Shown: piece by piece, positions 12,869 to 25,200 of the stretch
How the letters are laid out: every line of letters starts with the position of its first letter
Position numbering within the stretch: position 1 is the first letter of the stretch
NCBI GenBank assembly: GCA_965202585.1
Contig: OZ241828.1
Location: forward strand, 56,916,001-56,980,000
DNA from: Thalia democratica
Lineage: Eukaryota
Direction of reading: 5' to 3'
DNA: 64,000 nucleotides
Program-made: the position numbers and the translations under genes
The notes under the pieces: generated by a model
Database searches by the model: none
What the model was told of the DNA's origin: nothing
What the model saw: the letters and a program-made list of their open reading frames with translations, nothing else

Positions 12869-13654
12869 CTATAAACAAATAAACAAAGTTTTGTTAAATG
12901 TTATTAAACTTCATAAACATTAAAAACGACTTAACTATGTTATCAATTGAACTCCATCAGGGGTTGGCAAAATACAGTCGGCGGAAAAATTTTAACCCGC
13001 TAACAAAAAAACTAAAGCAGTAGAAGCAGTTTAAAGCATTTTGTAAAAAAAATAACAAACTTACTTTTTGTCTCTGAATAAACTATTGCTTATTCTATGT
13101 TTTTTTCATTAATAATTTGCAGTATAATATACACACTTTTTTAATAACATGTATTGTATCTTAAATTTGGTATCTTAACATAATTTCTACTACTGAGCAT
13201 CGTACTAGAAACCTTGTGATCTAATTATTGTCCTGCCACTAGGACATTAAGTCAATTACTACGTTACATACTTTTGCGTCATTTTTTTGAAAAACAAATA
13301 AGTTTTCAAATACACAACATTTACATTGAACTTTATAAACTTTTATGTTGATTATTAAAAAAACGGCTTAAACTTCTTCAAAATCATTTATAGATACTGA
13401 GTAGAAATCATTACATGGATAGTAGCAACAACAAAAATATTATGCCATTAAAAGCTTACTTTCGTGAAAGGTTTTTTTATAAACAGCTTGGCTTGTTTAG
13501 TTATATTTTCAAAAGAATTTGAAACTTAGCATAGTTAGTTTCTTAATTGAATGTAAAGTTAGTTGCTTAGTATAACTGTGGAATAAATCAATATAGTATA
13601 CATTAGCATACCTGTATATAACTAAGTTTTTTTATTTTTAAAGTTTTATTTGCA

Positions 13655-14222
13655 CTCAAAAAGTAGAACCTTTTCAAGTTACTTTATAATTTTTATCCTG
13701 TTACATAGAATTTTTACAAGTACATGAAAAAAATATTTAAGTCTTATCATAATAAAGAAATAGCAAAGGTCATTATAGCCAGAGCCTGAATTTTATTTTT
13801 TGTGATAAAAGCTCAAGTTGTCATAAATATTTAATTAAAACTTCGTTTTTGTTTAACATATTTCTGTATCAAACAGAATATGTTAAAAGTAAGGGTAGTA
13901 GAAGGTTAACAACTGAGAATATAGAAAAAAAATTATACTTTTTGAGAATACAAAGTCATAAAATATTCATTACAAAAAACTTAGAGCTTTAACTCACATT
14001 AAAAATATCCACCCACAACTGAGTTTTGTACGTAATTTACCTGACCATTAAAAATTAAATTTTAAACTTCTTCGTCACTTGCTGATCATCTTGTCTGACG
14101 TAAAATCGTTTAGAGGACGTACTTAGTTGTTTCAACAATGACAACTGAAAACTCATTTGGAGGTGTAGAATGTTCAACAATTTCAATGAGTGAACAATTG
14201 GTTACTATACACAACACGCATC
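13655..14222. repeat. First copy of a ~570-bp direct duplication (second copy 15530-16092)
   Basis: Colinear similarity from ACTCAAAAAGTAGAAC to ACACAACACG in both copies. Confidence 0.9.
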
Positions 14223-14238
14223 AGAGCATAGTCTAGGA

Positions 14239-15518
14239 CAGTGGTTGGCACGCTACTTCGAATCCGTGAACCCTAAATCACAAAATTATAATTCTGTGCA
14301 CCCTAACTTGCATTCTTGAGCGCCGCTAGTGTTTAAGAATATATAAACACTTTTAATTGTTTTTTTACTAATAATTCAATAACACCCAGTTAATTTTACA
14401 CGCTAACTTTAAATTTACCAATTTACCCAATCAATTTCAATAAACTTTTAATATCGATGATCTAATTTTTACAACATTATTTTACTTGTATTACCCAGGT
14501 CTAAAATACTAACTATGTTAATTTAATACATTTTCACTACCCCAACTAACAATCAGTAGTCTTGGTACTTTTTATTGGGTCGTAAATTTAGATTTTTAGT
14601 TTAGTTAACTTAATATTTTTTTATTAAGCGATAAGTTTGACACTATTACATGTTAACCAATTTTTGAGTCAGAAAATAAGCTTGAGTGACTAAAGACTAG
14701 ACTTATAACACAAGCTAGCCTTAAAGAATGGTATATATAAGCAAAAAACTAATTTAAATTACAACGAAAATTAGAAATTTATAGATCTTGAATTTTTTAA
14801 AAATTAATAATTAATTACAAATTAAAGAATTTCAAGTAATGCAACAGTTGAAGATTTTTAAAGGATATCAAAATAAACCCAAGATTTTCAATAAATTTAT
14901 AACTAGCCTCAGTCAAGCTGAGTTTTTGTAAATATATTAAGACTAGCCTCAGTTGGTCTAGGTTTTTCATGATTTAAAACTAAACTTAATAATTCTTTGA
15001 GAGCTAAGTATGTAACAGCTCTGATATTATTGATCCTTCCTAAACTTTAATTTTATTATAAGTAAAACATAGTTAAATTTTTTTGGCCCTACTACTTTTT
15101 TTGTCAAGTATCAGTTGGTTAAGCTGATTAATAAAGTGATTTTAAATGTAGCAAAACGTTTTTAAACAATAAGAGTTAATAAAATTAAACATTAATAGAA
15201 TACTAACCGTTTATTTTGTTTTGAGAATCTATGAGGTTTGCTCACTTCGGTTTTTCTTTAGGCGGCTAGAGTGGAAGAAGTTTTACATAATGTAACAGGA
15301 TAGAACTAGGAGAACACAAAAATTGTCGTTTTGTTAACAACAAAATGGTCAATTAGATATCAAGGTTGAGTATATCTTAAATGTAGAAAAATAAAAATAA
15401 AAACTTTAATTTAGTTTCTGCGCGAAAAAAAAAATTCATGTACCCCAAAAGTCTCGTGCACCCTAAAAGAAATTTCATGTACAGTAGTGTGCACCAGTGT
15501 ACACCGTGCCGACCACTG
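14239..15518. mobile_element. Non-autonomous hAT transposon with 8-bp TSD
   Basis: TIRs CAGTGGTTGGCACG / CGTGCCGACCACTG. Perfect TSD GTCTAGGA at 14231-14238 and 15519-15526. Confidence 0.92.
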
Positions 15519-15529
15519 GTCTAGGACTT

Positions 15530-16092
15530 TACTCAAAAAGTAGAACATTTTCAAATTACTAAATTACTTTGAAATTTTTATCCTGTAACCTAGAATTTTT
15601 ACAAGTACATGAAAAAAAAAAGTCTTATCATAATAAAGAAATAGCAAAGGTCATTATAGCCAAAGCCTGAACTTTATTTTTTGTGAAACAAGCTCAAGTT
15701 GTCATAAATTTTTGATTAAAACTTATTTTTTGTTTAACATATTTCTGTATCAAATAGAGTATATTAAAAGTCAGGGTAGTAGTAGGTTAACAACTGATAA
15801 TATAGAAAAAAAAAAACTTTTTGAGAATACATAGTCAGAAAATCATCACTACAAAAAACTTAGAGCTTTAACTCACATTAAAAATATCCACCAACAACTG
15901 AGTTTTGTACGTAATTTACCTGACCATTGCAAATTATCTTTTAAACTTCTTCGTCACATGCTGATCATCTTGTCTAACGTAAAATCGTTTAGAGGGTTGG
16001 TTTCAATAATGACAACTGAAAACTCATTTGGAGGTGTAGAATGTTCAACAATTTGAATGAGTGAACAGTTGGTTACTATACACAACACGTAT
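15530..16092. repeat. Second copy of the ~570-bp direct duplication
   Basis: See 13655-14222. Confidence 0.9.
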
Positions 16093-16130
16093 CAAATCAA
16101 TTAAGGTAACAAAATTTAAGATGATTGCAT
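15920..16130 (-). pseudogene. Dead first exon of a putative secreted protein; partial duplicate at 14041-14230
   Basis: ATG at 16130. The 211 nt (70 codons + 1) read MQSS*ILLP*LI*YVLCIVTNCSLIQIVEHSTPPNEFSVVIIETNPLNDF... and end at donor TCAG|gtaaat. The N-terminus is hydrophobic with several in-frame stops. Confidence 0.5.
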
Positions 16131-17269
16131 GAAAGTTCAAGTTACAAAAACTCACTTCTGACAGCTCACATTCTTATAAAAAATTTTAGGTCATCTGAAA
16201 AAATTAAAAAAGTTTATATAGATTAAATAATGATATTACAATAGTATAAATAAAAGTATTTTTTGAAAGAGATAATTCACAATAACTTGGAGCTATTACA
16301 ATTAGAACTATCGAAATTTGTCTAATCAGAACTTGATTTTTAAGCAAGTAGTTTATATATAATTTGTACTAAATATAGTTAAGTTTTTGAACTTTTAACA
16401 GAAAACATTTTAAACAAAAGTATTTTGTAAGTGTGTAAAAGGACTGTATAATTGTTTTTTTGCACAAATTAAAAAACTAAAAACAACAATGCTGAAGCAC
16501 TACTTTTTTTGAAAATTAGTGAAAAACTTCATATAGGTATCTTATACATCAAGGTTTCTTAAACTTACTTTCATAATAGCACTTTTGATAGAAACTTAAA
16601 AAGTAATCATCCACTTTTGGAAGCCCTACTACAAATACATACATTAACAAAAACCTGTGGTTTAGTAGATTCTTGAATAATCAAAATCTGATTGTCCCAA
16701 CTTACAACTTTTTATTAAATGAGCATTTTAAGAGACGCTTTAGTGGATGTACTAGCACATGCCAACAAGAACTTAAGAAATTAAAATTTAAAAATGTTTA
16801 TTGTAAACAAAAAATTTTACGTTAAGATGTTACCAAAAATATAATAAGTAACTAGTTAATAAAATTTAATAAATTGCTGAAGAAAATTGCTAAAAATATA
16901 AACAGTGAAGGAGCTAAAACCCACATAGAATTGTAAATATGGTTTACATCTTCATTACACTGTAAACCATAATAAATGAATAATAACATTGACCTAACTA
17001 ATTCTTATATTAAATAATACTTAGGGCTACTCTATATAAAAAAGTACTTACTAAACAGCAACTACAAACACTAACAAGTATAAATAATAATGTACAATAA
17101 AAAAAAACTTTATGCTTTAGAAGTTACTTTGAATGTTATCAAAATTTAAAAACAATTTAAATTCTCAGAGAAAGATGTTAATCAAGGACTGCTTATAAGA
17201 AATAACTAATAAAAAATAACTTTATAATAAACAAAAAATAATACAAATATCTATTTTAACTACATGTTA

Positions 17270-17520
17270 GCAGCAGCAAGGTGGTTAAGACTTTAGAATT
17301 ATTGCCTGCTCCAACTGTTGAAAGTTTATATATGGCTGTAGTATGGAAATGCAAACTTGCATCAGTAAACTTGTGACTGCTCTTTGTTGTCTAATTATCT
17401 AAAATTGCTCCAGTATAACACGTAGACTTGCGAGCTTTCTCTTAAGCGCTTGGATGAACAAAAACTTTAACTTGAAACTTTCCATTAAATTTAAACAGTT
17501 ATTAAAATTAGTTTGATATC
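17270..17520 (-). pseudogene. Degenerate terminal-type exon, paralogous to 34200-34465
   Basis: Acceptor ctgtaacag|GATATC. Best frame KFQVKVFVHPSA*EKARKSTCYTGAILDN*TTKSSHKFTDASLHF...GAGNNSKVLTTLLLLTCS*. Clear nucleotide similarity to the 34.2-34.5 kb copy. Confidence 0.45.
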
Positions 17521-18574
17521 CTGTTACAGAAGTTAAATCTGATGCAATTTATAGTTAGCTGTAACAAAGAAGGGAATATTGACTTACTAAAAATAAGTAT
17601 TTTTACCGTATTTAAAAATATTAACATGTTTGTTATTATTGAATTTTTTTTTTTTGAAAAAGTTTAGATATTTAACAAAAGTAGTTTCGTATTTTAAGTT
17701 CAGTTTTAACCTTGTGCTAATAGTTTTTTGTAAGTTAACGTACTTGACTCAAAATTAAATGTAAGAGTAAAGCACTAGACAAGAAGTCTTTTCAGCTGAT
17801 GTGCTGTGAATATTAAGTACACAAATTTTGACAAGTATGCAGTTTAGTACGCACTTTTTAAACAAAACACATTTTTGAACCAAAATAAAAACTTTCTGTC
17901 AGGTTTCCTTTTTGTTTAGACTAGTAATTCTTAGCTAAAAAAATCCTTTCGAGTAACTGCTGTGTTCAGAATGTGTACTTTAGCAAAAAACAACTGTAAT
18001 ATTCAATACTAGAAAGATTACATACACAACTATTTGTTCAAAAAGGGTTTGTTCAACATGCTTCTAGGAAAAATTAAGGAATTTTTTTAAATTAGAAATG
18101 ATAGATTCTAACATTTCGACCTAGAAAAAACAGACTATTTGTCATCTTGAAGTCAAAAAACTAACTTGGCCTCACTTGGCCTGACCCGTTGTAACCCTGA
18201 CCACAGCTAACGTAACAAATCTCAATTGAGCTGACTCGAAAACCGAGTTGCATAGCTTGAAGCCTAGTGTGTTTGTATAAAACTTTTGCGAATATTTCTT
18301 AAACAAAAATAAAACGGTCTCAAAAAATAAAAAGACCTGCCCGTAACTAGAAAATCAAAACAAATGCAAACCTTTCAGTGATCGTTCTCAAATACTGTTA
18401 CGTAGAAAAGTAAACTCTTTATTTTATAATGTTTTCCGGCAAGTAGTTTGCTTAAAGCAATTTAAGCAAACTGTTTAAAACTGTTTAAACTGTTTAAAAC
18501 TAGTTCACGTACGTGAACAGACCGTTTGTGTTTTTTGTTTTTCTTCAAATGAATTCTATAGACTACTGTTCATG

Positions 18575-19240
18575 ATAGGGTATAGTTTCTACTATACCCA
18601 CCTTGTTACGCCTTTAACTTAAAAAGGAGGTTTTGGTGGGCGGTGAGTGCATCTTAGTTACTAATGACTATTTAGTTTCTATAGATTTTTAAAATCAAAC
18701 TACTTACAAATCAAACAAATCAGCGGTTCCGCTTTTCGAAAATAATTTGAGGACAAAAACACCTAAATGTACGGGACATAATGACCTACTACTTTTCGTA
18801 GCTTAATTAAAAATATACGGCTATACACCACCATAACGGGTTAGGAAATGGTATCGTTGATTGTCGTTTCTGTTTCACCTCCCTCTGTTTTGAATTAGGT
18901 CACCTAGATTTCTCTTATATTGTTTGTATCTTTATACAAGGGTCTCCAATCCTTTTCTGAAGAGGTACCTTTTGTAAAATTTCTTACTATTTCACTTTTT
19001 TGGAAAGATATTTATTTTTAATAATGTTTATATTTTACTTGTAGTTAACGTATAACCGCGTTGGCTGGCACATTATATTCCTCACTTAATTTAAGTTATT
19101 GACTATTTTAACTAGTTAAGAGTTGAATTTTTATATACTAGCGTTTATATTATTGTAAATGAAGGTAAGACAACACTTCAAACTTTAAGATTGTTTCTTC
19201 TAAATTAATATTAATAAATCGTGTTACACTACATACACTA
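18575..19240 (-). rRNA. rrnS: mt small-subunit rRNA pseudogene (NUMT)
   Basis: GTGCCAGCCAACGCGGTTATACG (~19050-19072), AGGATTGGAGACCCT, GCACTCACCGCCC, GGCGTAACAAGGT, and terminal hairpin GGGTATAGT-AGAA-ACTATACCC. The 5' end is approximate. Confidence 0.9.
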
Positions 19241-19274
19241 AGGTTTTATTTTATACACTCACAAATGAAATTGT

Positions 19275-20130
19275 AATTTATCTGAAGAATTTAACTCACG
19301 GTGTTAAACGGAATCATACGAAATTTTATACATCTATAAGACGAAACCGGGATAAAGCTGAACGACCACATAAAAAATATATTAGAAACAACAATATAGA
19401 TAGGGAAATAGAAATGAACCATTGATTTTGTATGAAAATATCTGGCTAATTGTCAACAAGCTAAGTATTTCTGAAGAAAAAAATAAATAAAAATTTTCAT
19501 CTTCCATATTCTAGATTAAAACTGGACACTAATTCGCTCTCTCCTTCTGCCAGATCAAATGGAGTTCGTCTTAATTTTATGATTCAAGCACCATTAAAGG
19601 TCTAGTAAGAAGAAGACGTGACCAAAGTTGTTTAAACTTATGTGGTTATTGGTGGTTCCAATTCAATTTCAATCCCTTATTCTCCTTTTAAAAAACATCA
19701 TTAATAATTGAAGAAAAATTTCGTAACTTAATATAAGCCTTACTACGCGTACATCCCTTGTAACACTGTATACCGATCTGTAAGAAAATCTGAGAAGTAT
19801 GAAAGTAAGAGATAACAGGGATAAGATACAAAATATTCTAAAGTATGTTATTTCTACATGTACTTATAGCTAAAGGTATTGGGCAGCTTGCGATAAGTAG
19901 TACAGTTGACAGGATTGGGGAAAGAGAGTACAAGAGAGCAGAAGTTAGAGTTAAAGCAATTCTTTATTTTATATTAACTTCACCCTGTCCGTAACACACT
20001 GGATAACGCTTCAAGGTCTTACGACGTTCGGTCTTTAACGAGATCAGCATAATCTTAAAACTGTGTGTTCTATTAATACTAGAAACGAAACTCTAAGACT
20101 CAATCTAAAATAAGTTAATACAATAATCAT
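19275..20130 (-). pseudogene. nad1: nad1 pseudogene (NUMT)
   Basis: With AGR=Gly: MIIVL..[62 protein letters not shown]..VW. Confidence 0.92.
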
Positions 20131-20131
20131 T

Positions 20132-20196
20132 ACAACGTGTATACTAATTTACGAAGTGGAATCTTAGATCCCATGTTTAAACCTCAGCAAACGTTG
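20132..20196 (-). tRNA. trnL: mt tRNA-Leu(TAA) pseudogene (NUMT)
   Basis: Acceptor CAACGTT/CACGTTG (6 of 7 paired). Anticodon arm TGGGA-tcTAAga-TTCCA. Directly precedes the nad1 ATG. Confidence 0.6.
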
Positions 20197-20202
20197 CCGA
20201 CA

Positions 20203-20262
20203 GTTCTTTCGGTATCATCCCACCAGATCGTTTTCAAATCGTTCACACCCTAAGGGAAAAAC
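20203..20262 (-). tRNA. Possible mt tRNA-Ser(TGA) pseudogene (NUMT)
   Basis: Acceptor GTTTTTC/GAAAGAA, imperfect anticodon stem around ttTGAaa, T arm GGT..ACC, minimal D arm. Confidence 0.4.
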
Positions 20263-20269
20263 TTAACTA

Positions 20270-20950
20270 TAGAAGGTTAGTTTCCTTTCTAACATACTAT
20301 TTTTTTGAAAGATAAAATCCAGTCTGATTTACATCGACCTTAACTCAACTCACGTAAAGAATTAAAAGGCGCACAAACTTACTAAAAGTTAGCTGCTGCG
20401 GTAATTGGTATCTTTAAGTCAACAAAGAGGTCGTTTATTTCTTTCAGCTACGATCGGAGTAAGAATAATAGCGCTCTTAACCCCAGCGTTAGTTAGTTTT
20501 TATTCAGCTAACTAGTTGGATACTTTTACCACGTATTTTGTTACAAATTTAAACTTATGCTATATAATAAAAAGCGTCCATCCCAGAAAAAATATACTCT
20601 AATGACTTGATTAGATAGTATTCAACTACCTTGGGTCTTGTCAAATTATTCTAGGTTTTTGACAAGAGTTCAAAATTATACTTGCGCAATAGAAACATAA
20701 AGACAAACTAATAATAGGCGAATTTGAATGGCCTAACTATGGCATATTTCTTCCGATTAAGCTTAAGCTATTCACGTCTTTTTTATAAAAATCAAAAAGT
20801 TGTGTGTTTAGTACACATACGTTTGTAATTAATGAGTTGTTTTATTACCGTATTATATAGTTGTACTTGGTGTATACACTACCTACTCCATTACAAATTA
20901 AAAATAAACTATTTTTAACGGAGTTAAGAGCTGACTCCTTTAATTAGGCT
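20270..20950 (-). rRNA. rrnL: mt large-subunit rRNA pseudogene (NUMT); 5' end uncertain
   Basis: Domain V motifs GGGGTTAAGAGCGC, CGACCTCTTTGTTGACT, CCGCAGCAGCT and TACGTGAGTTGAGTTAAGGTCGATGTAAATCAGACTGG align by eye to the mt 16S consensus. Confidence 0.88.
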
Positions 20951-21629
20951 TATTCTAGGTATCATAAAACGCGATTTAGCATGTAACAACTTTTACACTT
21001 TTCTTTACTCAATTGAATGCATTCTTTTGAAACTATCCGCAGTTCAAAGTGCAAAAGATCCTTTTATTTCGAGTATACGGAGATCGTACCCCAGTAAAGT
21101 ACAAGAAAAAGAGGGTAAGGAATTCTTGTTGTAACGTAATAAGCTTGACTGTAATTTTACGGAAAAAATCGTTTTAAAATTGAGGTGATTTATAAAATAA
21201 TACTTCCTGTTGCAATCAAAGGAGTTAAAGAAATACGGAAGAATTTAAAGGTACTAATCTTATTAAAACAAATAGCTTAAAAAAAAAGCTTCTTTTAGTT
21301 TCGTATATGAGCTACTTACAGCTAGGTCTAGTAGCAATAATACTATCGTAATAGGGAAAATATTTATTTATAGTAACATTAAGACATTTCTAGTAACATA
21401 ATATAGTATGCTTAAGTCTAAGTTAAGACCTAATAGGATTAATTTCTCCTAAAGAAACTGGATTCATTTATCCTACCTTAGCTGTCCAAAGAACTACAGT
21501 AGCTCACTTCTGTGGTTTCAAGACGACGATTAAATAATCTATATGAACTTTCGTCTCAGCTGATTCGATACTACACCATTATTAGCTGTAGCAGAGCTAT
21601 TTTACAAATAGTATCAACTTACACTATTA

Positions 21630-22578
21630 CCATAGTGAAAGCTTTACTGAAGTATGTTAAGCTAAATAGTCTGGATACAGTTAAAAGGGTTCCTCTACAG
21701 GTTTTCTTCTAAGTACTCTTAATAGGAGACAAATAACAAGGAATTTAGAACATATTAAATTTCTTAACGGAGGTATGGAGAGGTTCTTTCTTGAGACTAG
21801 AATGATAATGAGAGCCACAACACTAAGTAGTATTAGAATCAGCCTTCTTATTTTTGAAGGCACTGCACGAAGAATCGCGTAGAGTATTAAAAAGTACCAA
21901 TCTGGTTTAATAGGTGTCGGAGTAATTATAGGATTATTTTTTTAGGTTTTTAGTTTCTGGCATTAGGAATAACGTTATCGTTAATAGATTACAGAATTAA
22001 ATGCTGTAACGAGTCTTTCCCTCTAAAATGAGGCCAAAATGGAATATAGTAATTGTTACGATCTCTTATATGCTCTCTAGATATTAGCATGTGTAAAATT
22101 AAAATATATATTAAAGAGAAGGAGCGATCACTATTCTTAATAAAGAGAGTAAAGAAATCGTGTTAATGTAGGATGTCTTACAGTAAACCTCTCCATACCC
22201 ATTCAAGGATATCTTGTCTATAAGGAAGAGCTCTTAGAATCCTTTTAATCACTGTTGCTCTTATGCAGCTCTTACAGTTATTAAAAGAATTACAGCCATT
22301 TGCAACCTTATTGGAAAATTGGCCCTCCGTCTATAGTATAGACTTCGAAGCATGTATACTTAAGTTAGGAGGAGTATTGCTTGACTTCTTACAATGTGTA
22401 TTCTATAAACCTTAGGTCTACTTCACGTATAATGACTCTACACTAGTAAAAGGACTAATACCTACCCTAGCAAAGTAACGAAGGCTAAGTAAGATTCTCG
22501 AGACTAATTGTGAAGTGTAGAAAAGTCAATTAAAAGCCTAAAATTTCAGAGATAATTAATACCTTGAGGTAAAGGCAT
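21630..22578 (-). pseudogene. cob: cob pseudogene (NUMT)
   Basis: [70 protein letters not shown]. Frameshifts, and loss of the GYVLPWGQMS segment. Confidence 0.93.
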
Positions 22579-22582
22579 TTTA

Positions 22583-23223
22583 TTAGGCAGAGTTAGGTGT
22601 TACTGATTCAACTTTAATCGGCATGTAGAAATGACCTACTTTACATAGTTCATAAAATACTCAAGGACGTGGGAAACTGGTAGACATCGCGTTTAGACGT
22701 CCTGGTTCGGCGTCACACTTAGAAAAAGTTCCAGGTAAAGAAAATGCATGAAGCACATCATTAGATGTAATATAGAACGTAGTATTTTTATTTTTATCGG
22801 AACTACCCTACAATTGGCAATTTCTAGTAAGTTAGGATTTCTTTTCCTTTTAACGTTTTCTAAACGGCTTATATACAGTTAAGCTTTATTACCCTCCCTA
22901 TCTTATAGTTCTATACCATTGGTAAGCGGTAACTGGTAAGTTGTAGCCAATCTGTGAATCCGGATTTCGCGTGTACAGGATGACTAGTCTAGGACAATAT
23001 AGTGCCACTACTGTGAAGCAAGTTGAATCAAATATTCTTCTTTCTGCAAAAATTAACTGTATATCGGTTATAGATTCTCCTCTTATAGGATCACTACAAA
23101 TAGTATAGTAACAAGCCTTCTACAGATTAAGAAAAATAATCAAAGAATAAACCTATTATAAAGCGGTTTTTCCGAATTCGATAAGGTATCGTGGAATTTT
23201 ATCTGCAAAGAAGGATTAAACAT
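22583..23223 (-). pseudogene. cox2: cox2 pseudogene (NUMT)
   Basis: MFNPSLQMKFHD, AYQWY, ITSNDVLHAF, CDAEPGRLN, RP.VFYELCKVGHFYMPI. The GQCS part of the CuA motif is missing. TAA at 22583. Confidence 0.9.
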
Positions 23224-23224
23224 G

Positions 23225-23285
23225 TTTCACCTGCTAAACAGCTACTTCTTCCCCAGACAAGATATGATAATTTCACTAAGGTAAA
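23225..23285 (-). tRNA. trnP: mt tRNA-Pro(TGG) pseudogene (NUMT)
   Basis: Acceptor TTTACCT/AGGTGAA, D stem GTGA/TCAT, loop tcTGGgg, T arm GCT-gttt-AGC. Ends 1 nt before the cox2 ATG. Confidence 0.6.
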
Positions 23286-23344
23286 TACGATACCACCTTA
23301 AGAGATTCAACTCTTTTATTAGTTTTAAATAATAAGGTATTGCC

Positions 23345-25200
23345 TATACTAGAAGGCGTTTTAACTGAAGCATACGAAGATAAATAGCGTATAGATTATC
23401 CTCAGAACAACATTCTGAGGTTAAGTTTAGCCCTATGAGACCAGTTTTTAATTATGTATCACTCAGATTTCTTTAAAAATTAAATGTTGTAAAGAATTCA
23501 ATTCTTAAAATCACTCGTTTCAAATGTGTTAATTGTCTAATAGTGAAGCGTTATAAATTGCTAGGTAGTTATTAAGGTCTCAATTAATAGCTAGACCATA
23601 AGACAAAGTGACATAAGTAAACCTTACTGCGACAAATAGAATAAAACTTGAAGTTCATTTAGCATTATTTACTCTAGCAGGAGATATAAAAGAGTAATTT
23701 AAGAAGGATACAGGAAATGAAATAATTATATAGCCATGCAAGAAAGATGGTAATGGTGAAATTTTCGTATCGGAATAATGTCTTTTTAAGATTAGAAGAA
23801 CATACTCAATAACAAATCTTACAGAGTTGCCACTCGTTTTTTCAAAATTTTTCCAGGTTTTTCAAATTTCTTCCAGGTTTTTAAAAGTACACATTTTTGG
23901 GTTTATTTTTAGTTTAAAGTTAAATTTAAGGTAAAAAACAGTGTTAATTAGTATAAATTAATTGAAAAGATACTGTAAATTTACTTAAAATGTGATTTTT
24001 CATAAAAAATTTTTGGTGATGACAAAATTTTTTATCTATATGATAAATTTTTTAAGTCAAACCGAAGTTTTACTACTGAACATGTTAAAATTCTTAAAAA
24101 TTCCAGGTTTTTCCAGGTTTTTTGTTCAGAATTCAAGGTTTTTCCAGGTTTTTTTCAAAATTTCTTAAATTTCAGGTTTTTCCAAGTTATTTTTGCCTAA
24201 ATTGTCAAATTCCAGGTTTTTCCAGGATTCCAGGTAAAGTGGTAACCCTGATCTTAGTCTCACTCAAGATAATGAGAAAAGTACTGTTTTTACTATTATA
24301 GGCTAAGCAGAATCTAATATGATGTCAATTGCAGTCTCTTTGAAGGACCTGAGTCTTACTAGAGGTAAGGCTGCGAGACTAACCAGTAGCATAGTAAAAA
24401 TATTACCTATTTGCTTATGCGTGTACCTAAGGAATCTACGCACATCTTGCCCGTACATTGACTGTGTCGTAATTCTGTTGAAGACTTTACTACAGCGTAG
24501 AAGTTATATGCAAGTATATAACGTCATATTCACCTATATAGATTCAAATAAAAAGGAATCCTACGGTACAGACTGTCGAGCAAGCGACCCGACGTTTAAA
24601 CACGTAAGTCCTTAAGACTTTAAAGGTTACCCTTATAAGCCTAGCAACTAACATTAAGTTATAACACCTACAGTCTTTTATGTGAAAGCATAAAATTACT
24701 CTAGCTAGAACTAATGTACTAGAGTGAAGTAATCACTAGTAGGAATAAGACTGTAGGAGATGTCTCTAATATGAGTAGGGATGGCGGAACTAGAAATAAG
24801 TAAATACCTCAAACGTGACTTGATAGAAGCGTCACTACAGCCAAGAAACGAGCCAATTGACGTCTTCTTCATCAGCTTACTAAAAGGTATGAACTGATTC
24901 TAATAAATTCTCAAAATATCAAAAACCCATCCTTAACTTCGTTATAGATAGAAATAAAGTTGATGATGAGAAGAACCTGATTAGTAAATAAAATTGATGT
25001 ATATTAGACTCTGTGGCCATTTATCACAGAATGTACATGATCAACAATGTAAATCAACAATGTAAATACAATACAAATTGATGTATTGACCGATAGAGAT
25101 AATGTATCAAATTTAAAATAAAGGTTAGGTTGCTGCAGGCACGTGGCTTGGTACGTATACTTATATGCGAAAAAACTTGTTTTTATTTCAGCTTAAAAAG
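23345..25200 (-). pseudogene. nad5: nad5 pseudogene (NUMT), split by a MITE
   Basis: LYFKFDTLS, FWEFIGISSYLLVSWWGGR, LLHSSTLVLAGV, QDVRGF, SLAALPLVGLGSFKE. Both ends are approximate. Confidence 0.88.
23822..24250. mobile_element. hAT-related MITE with 6-bp TSD inserted in NUMT nad5
   Basis: TIRs CAGAGTTGCCAC / GTGGTAACCCTG. ATCTTA is duplicated on both sides. Subterminal TTCCAGG repeats. Confidence 0.9.

Noticed and set aside
23286-23345. Possible trnF (AAGAG-ttGAAt-CTCTT)
   Set aside because: The loop is only 6 nt, and the acceptor and T arms are unconvincing or overlap trnP.
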